A stretch of 64,000 bases of DNA, from assembly GCA_965602015.1 (NCBI GenBank), contig OZ271918.1, forward strand, positions 2,176,001 to 2,240,000, in the 5' to 3' direction. Under the pieces are notes generated by a model. It did no database searches and was not told the DNA's origin. It saw nothing but the letters and a program-made list of their open reading frames with translations. The position numbers and the translations under genes were made by a program. Positions 63,139 through 64,000 of this stretch are shown piece by piece. Position 1 is the stretch's first letter; the number at the start of each line of letters is the position of its first letter. Source of the DNA: Salinispira sp. GTDB taxonomy: Bacteria > Spirochaetota > Spirochaetia > DSM-27196 > Salinispiraceae.

Positions 63139-63190
63139 AGCCCCCGATGTTGATATAATTGAGATTCGGAGATACACTTTTGGTAATATC

Positions 63191-63544
63191 ATGAGTACAG
63201 CTCACATCAATTTCCCCGGACCCGGGCTTATCAAAACAACGCCTCCCCGCGTCGCGCCGATGGACGGCTCGCAGAAGGCCGCATTGGTGCGCAAGGGAAA
63301 CGAGTTGTTCAACGCGGGAAACATTGAGCAGGCAAAACGGGTATTTCTCACCACCGGGTACACCGACGGCCTGGTCCGCATAGGCGATCACTATTACAAG
63401 CAACAGCGCTTTCTCCAGGCCTTGCAGATGTACATAATCGCCCCCGACCGGATGAAACGGGACCGTTTAGTGGAAAAAATGGCCCACGTAGTCCAAAACT
63501 GGCTGGCAGAAGACGGGGTTTCGACTACAATGGACGCAAAGTAA
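63191..63544 (+). CDS. Hypothetical protein (TPR-like)
   Basis: ALVRKGNELFNAGNIEQAKRVFLTTGYTDGLVRIGD helical pattern. Confidence 0.65.
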   Translation: MSTAHINFPGPGLIKTTPPRVAPMDGSQKAALVRKGNELFNAGNIEQAKRVFLTTGYTDGLVRIGDHYYKQQRFLQALQMYIIAPDRMKRDRLVEKMAHVVQNWLAEDGVSTTMDAK

Positions 63545-63582
63545 TAAAGGGCTTTGTCCCGTATATAAAAAAAGGGTAGCGC

Positions 63583-64000
63583 ATGTCTGAAACAAAAGCG
63601 AAAGTTCAGAAAACAGCTTCGGAACACGCTGAGGACGCATCCGGCGATGGTAATTCCGGGCAAGAAGAGTACGCCGAAATAGCGAATCTCTCGCGTCAGG
63701 GCTATCAGTATCTCAAGCGAGGTGCGGTCTCCGAGGCAATTGACTGTTTCCGGGAAATTATCGACATCGACCCGGAAAACAACTACGCCCTTGTGGGTAT
63801 CGGCGATGCCTACCGCAAGAAGCGCCGTTTTCAGGAAGCCACCCAGTATTACCAGCGCTGCCTCGATTACTATCCGGAAAACAATTACGCCCTGTTCGGC
63901 CTGGCTGATTGCTACCGGAATCTGAAACAGTTCCATCGGGCCATCGGGATTTGGGAGAAATACCTTAAACTCGACGACCGCAACGTGACTGTGCTCACCA
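63583..64000 (+). CDS. TPR protein (3' end outside window)
   Basis: Manual translation shows repeated PENNYALVGIGDAYR / PENNYALFGLADCYR TPRs. Confidence 0.8.
   Translation, partial: MSETKAKVQKTASEHAEDASGDGNSGQEEYAEIANLSRQGYQYLKRGAVSEAIDCFREIIDIDPENNYALVGIGDAYRKKRRFQEATQYYQRCLDYYPENNYALFGLADCYRNLKQFHRAIGIWEKYLKLDDRNVTVLT

Overview
The window comes from the chromosome of a probably free-living spirochaete (Spirochaetaceae-like, judged from the 16S motifs, spirochaetal signal peptides and gene order). Most of it is core genome: a complete minus-strand rRNA operon (16S, tRNA-Ile, 23S, 5S), a tRNA Lys-Glu-Glu cluster, and adk, upp, tyrA, pta, dapBA, rsmA, comEC, accBCDA/fabZ, sfsA, ligA, dnaE, recG, rsmD and hisZGB. 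An accessory block at about 2.6-11.7 kb holds a Rex/CRP-boxed operon for an Fe-S flavoprotein, an exported rhodanese and a DedA-family protein, a divergent TetR/SDR pair, and an intact IS66 with an 8-bp target duplication. The most unusual signals are: (i) a tandemly duplicated, covarying, multi-hairpin trailer after the 5S gene, including a 5S-like Y-shaped element hit by the IS66; (ii) a LoaP/NusG paralogue heading a tightly packed run of at least 17 kb, containing CapD, DegT, a xanthine-dehydrogenase-like trio with eroded Moco motifs, and a DnaE whose PHP proofreading ligands are mostly lost; (iii) several apparent pseudo-enzymes (DegT without the PLP lysine, an RlpA-like SPOR giant, a degenerate SfsA fusion). 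No CRISPR array, prophage, intein or rRNA intervening sequence was seen. All family calls come from motif recognition by eye, not from database searches.
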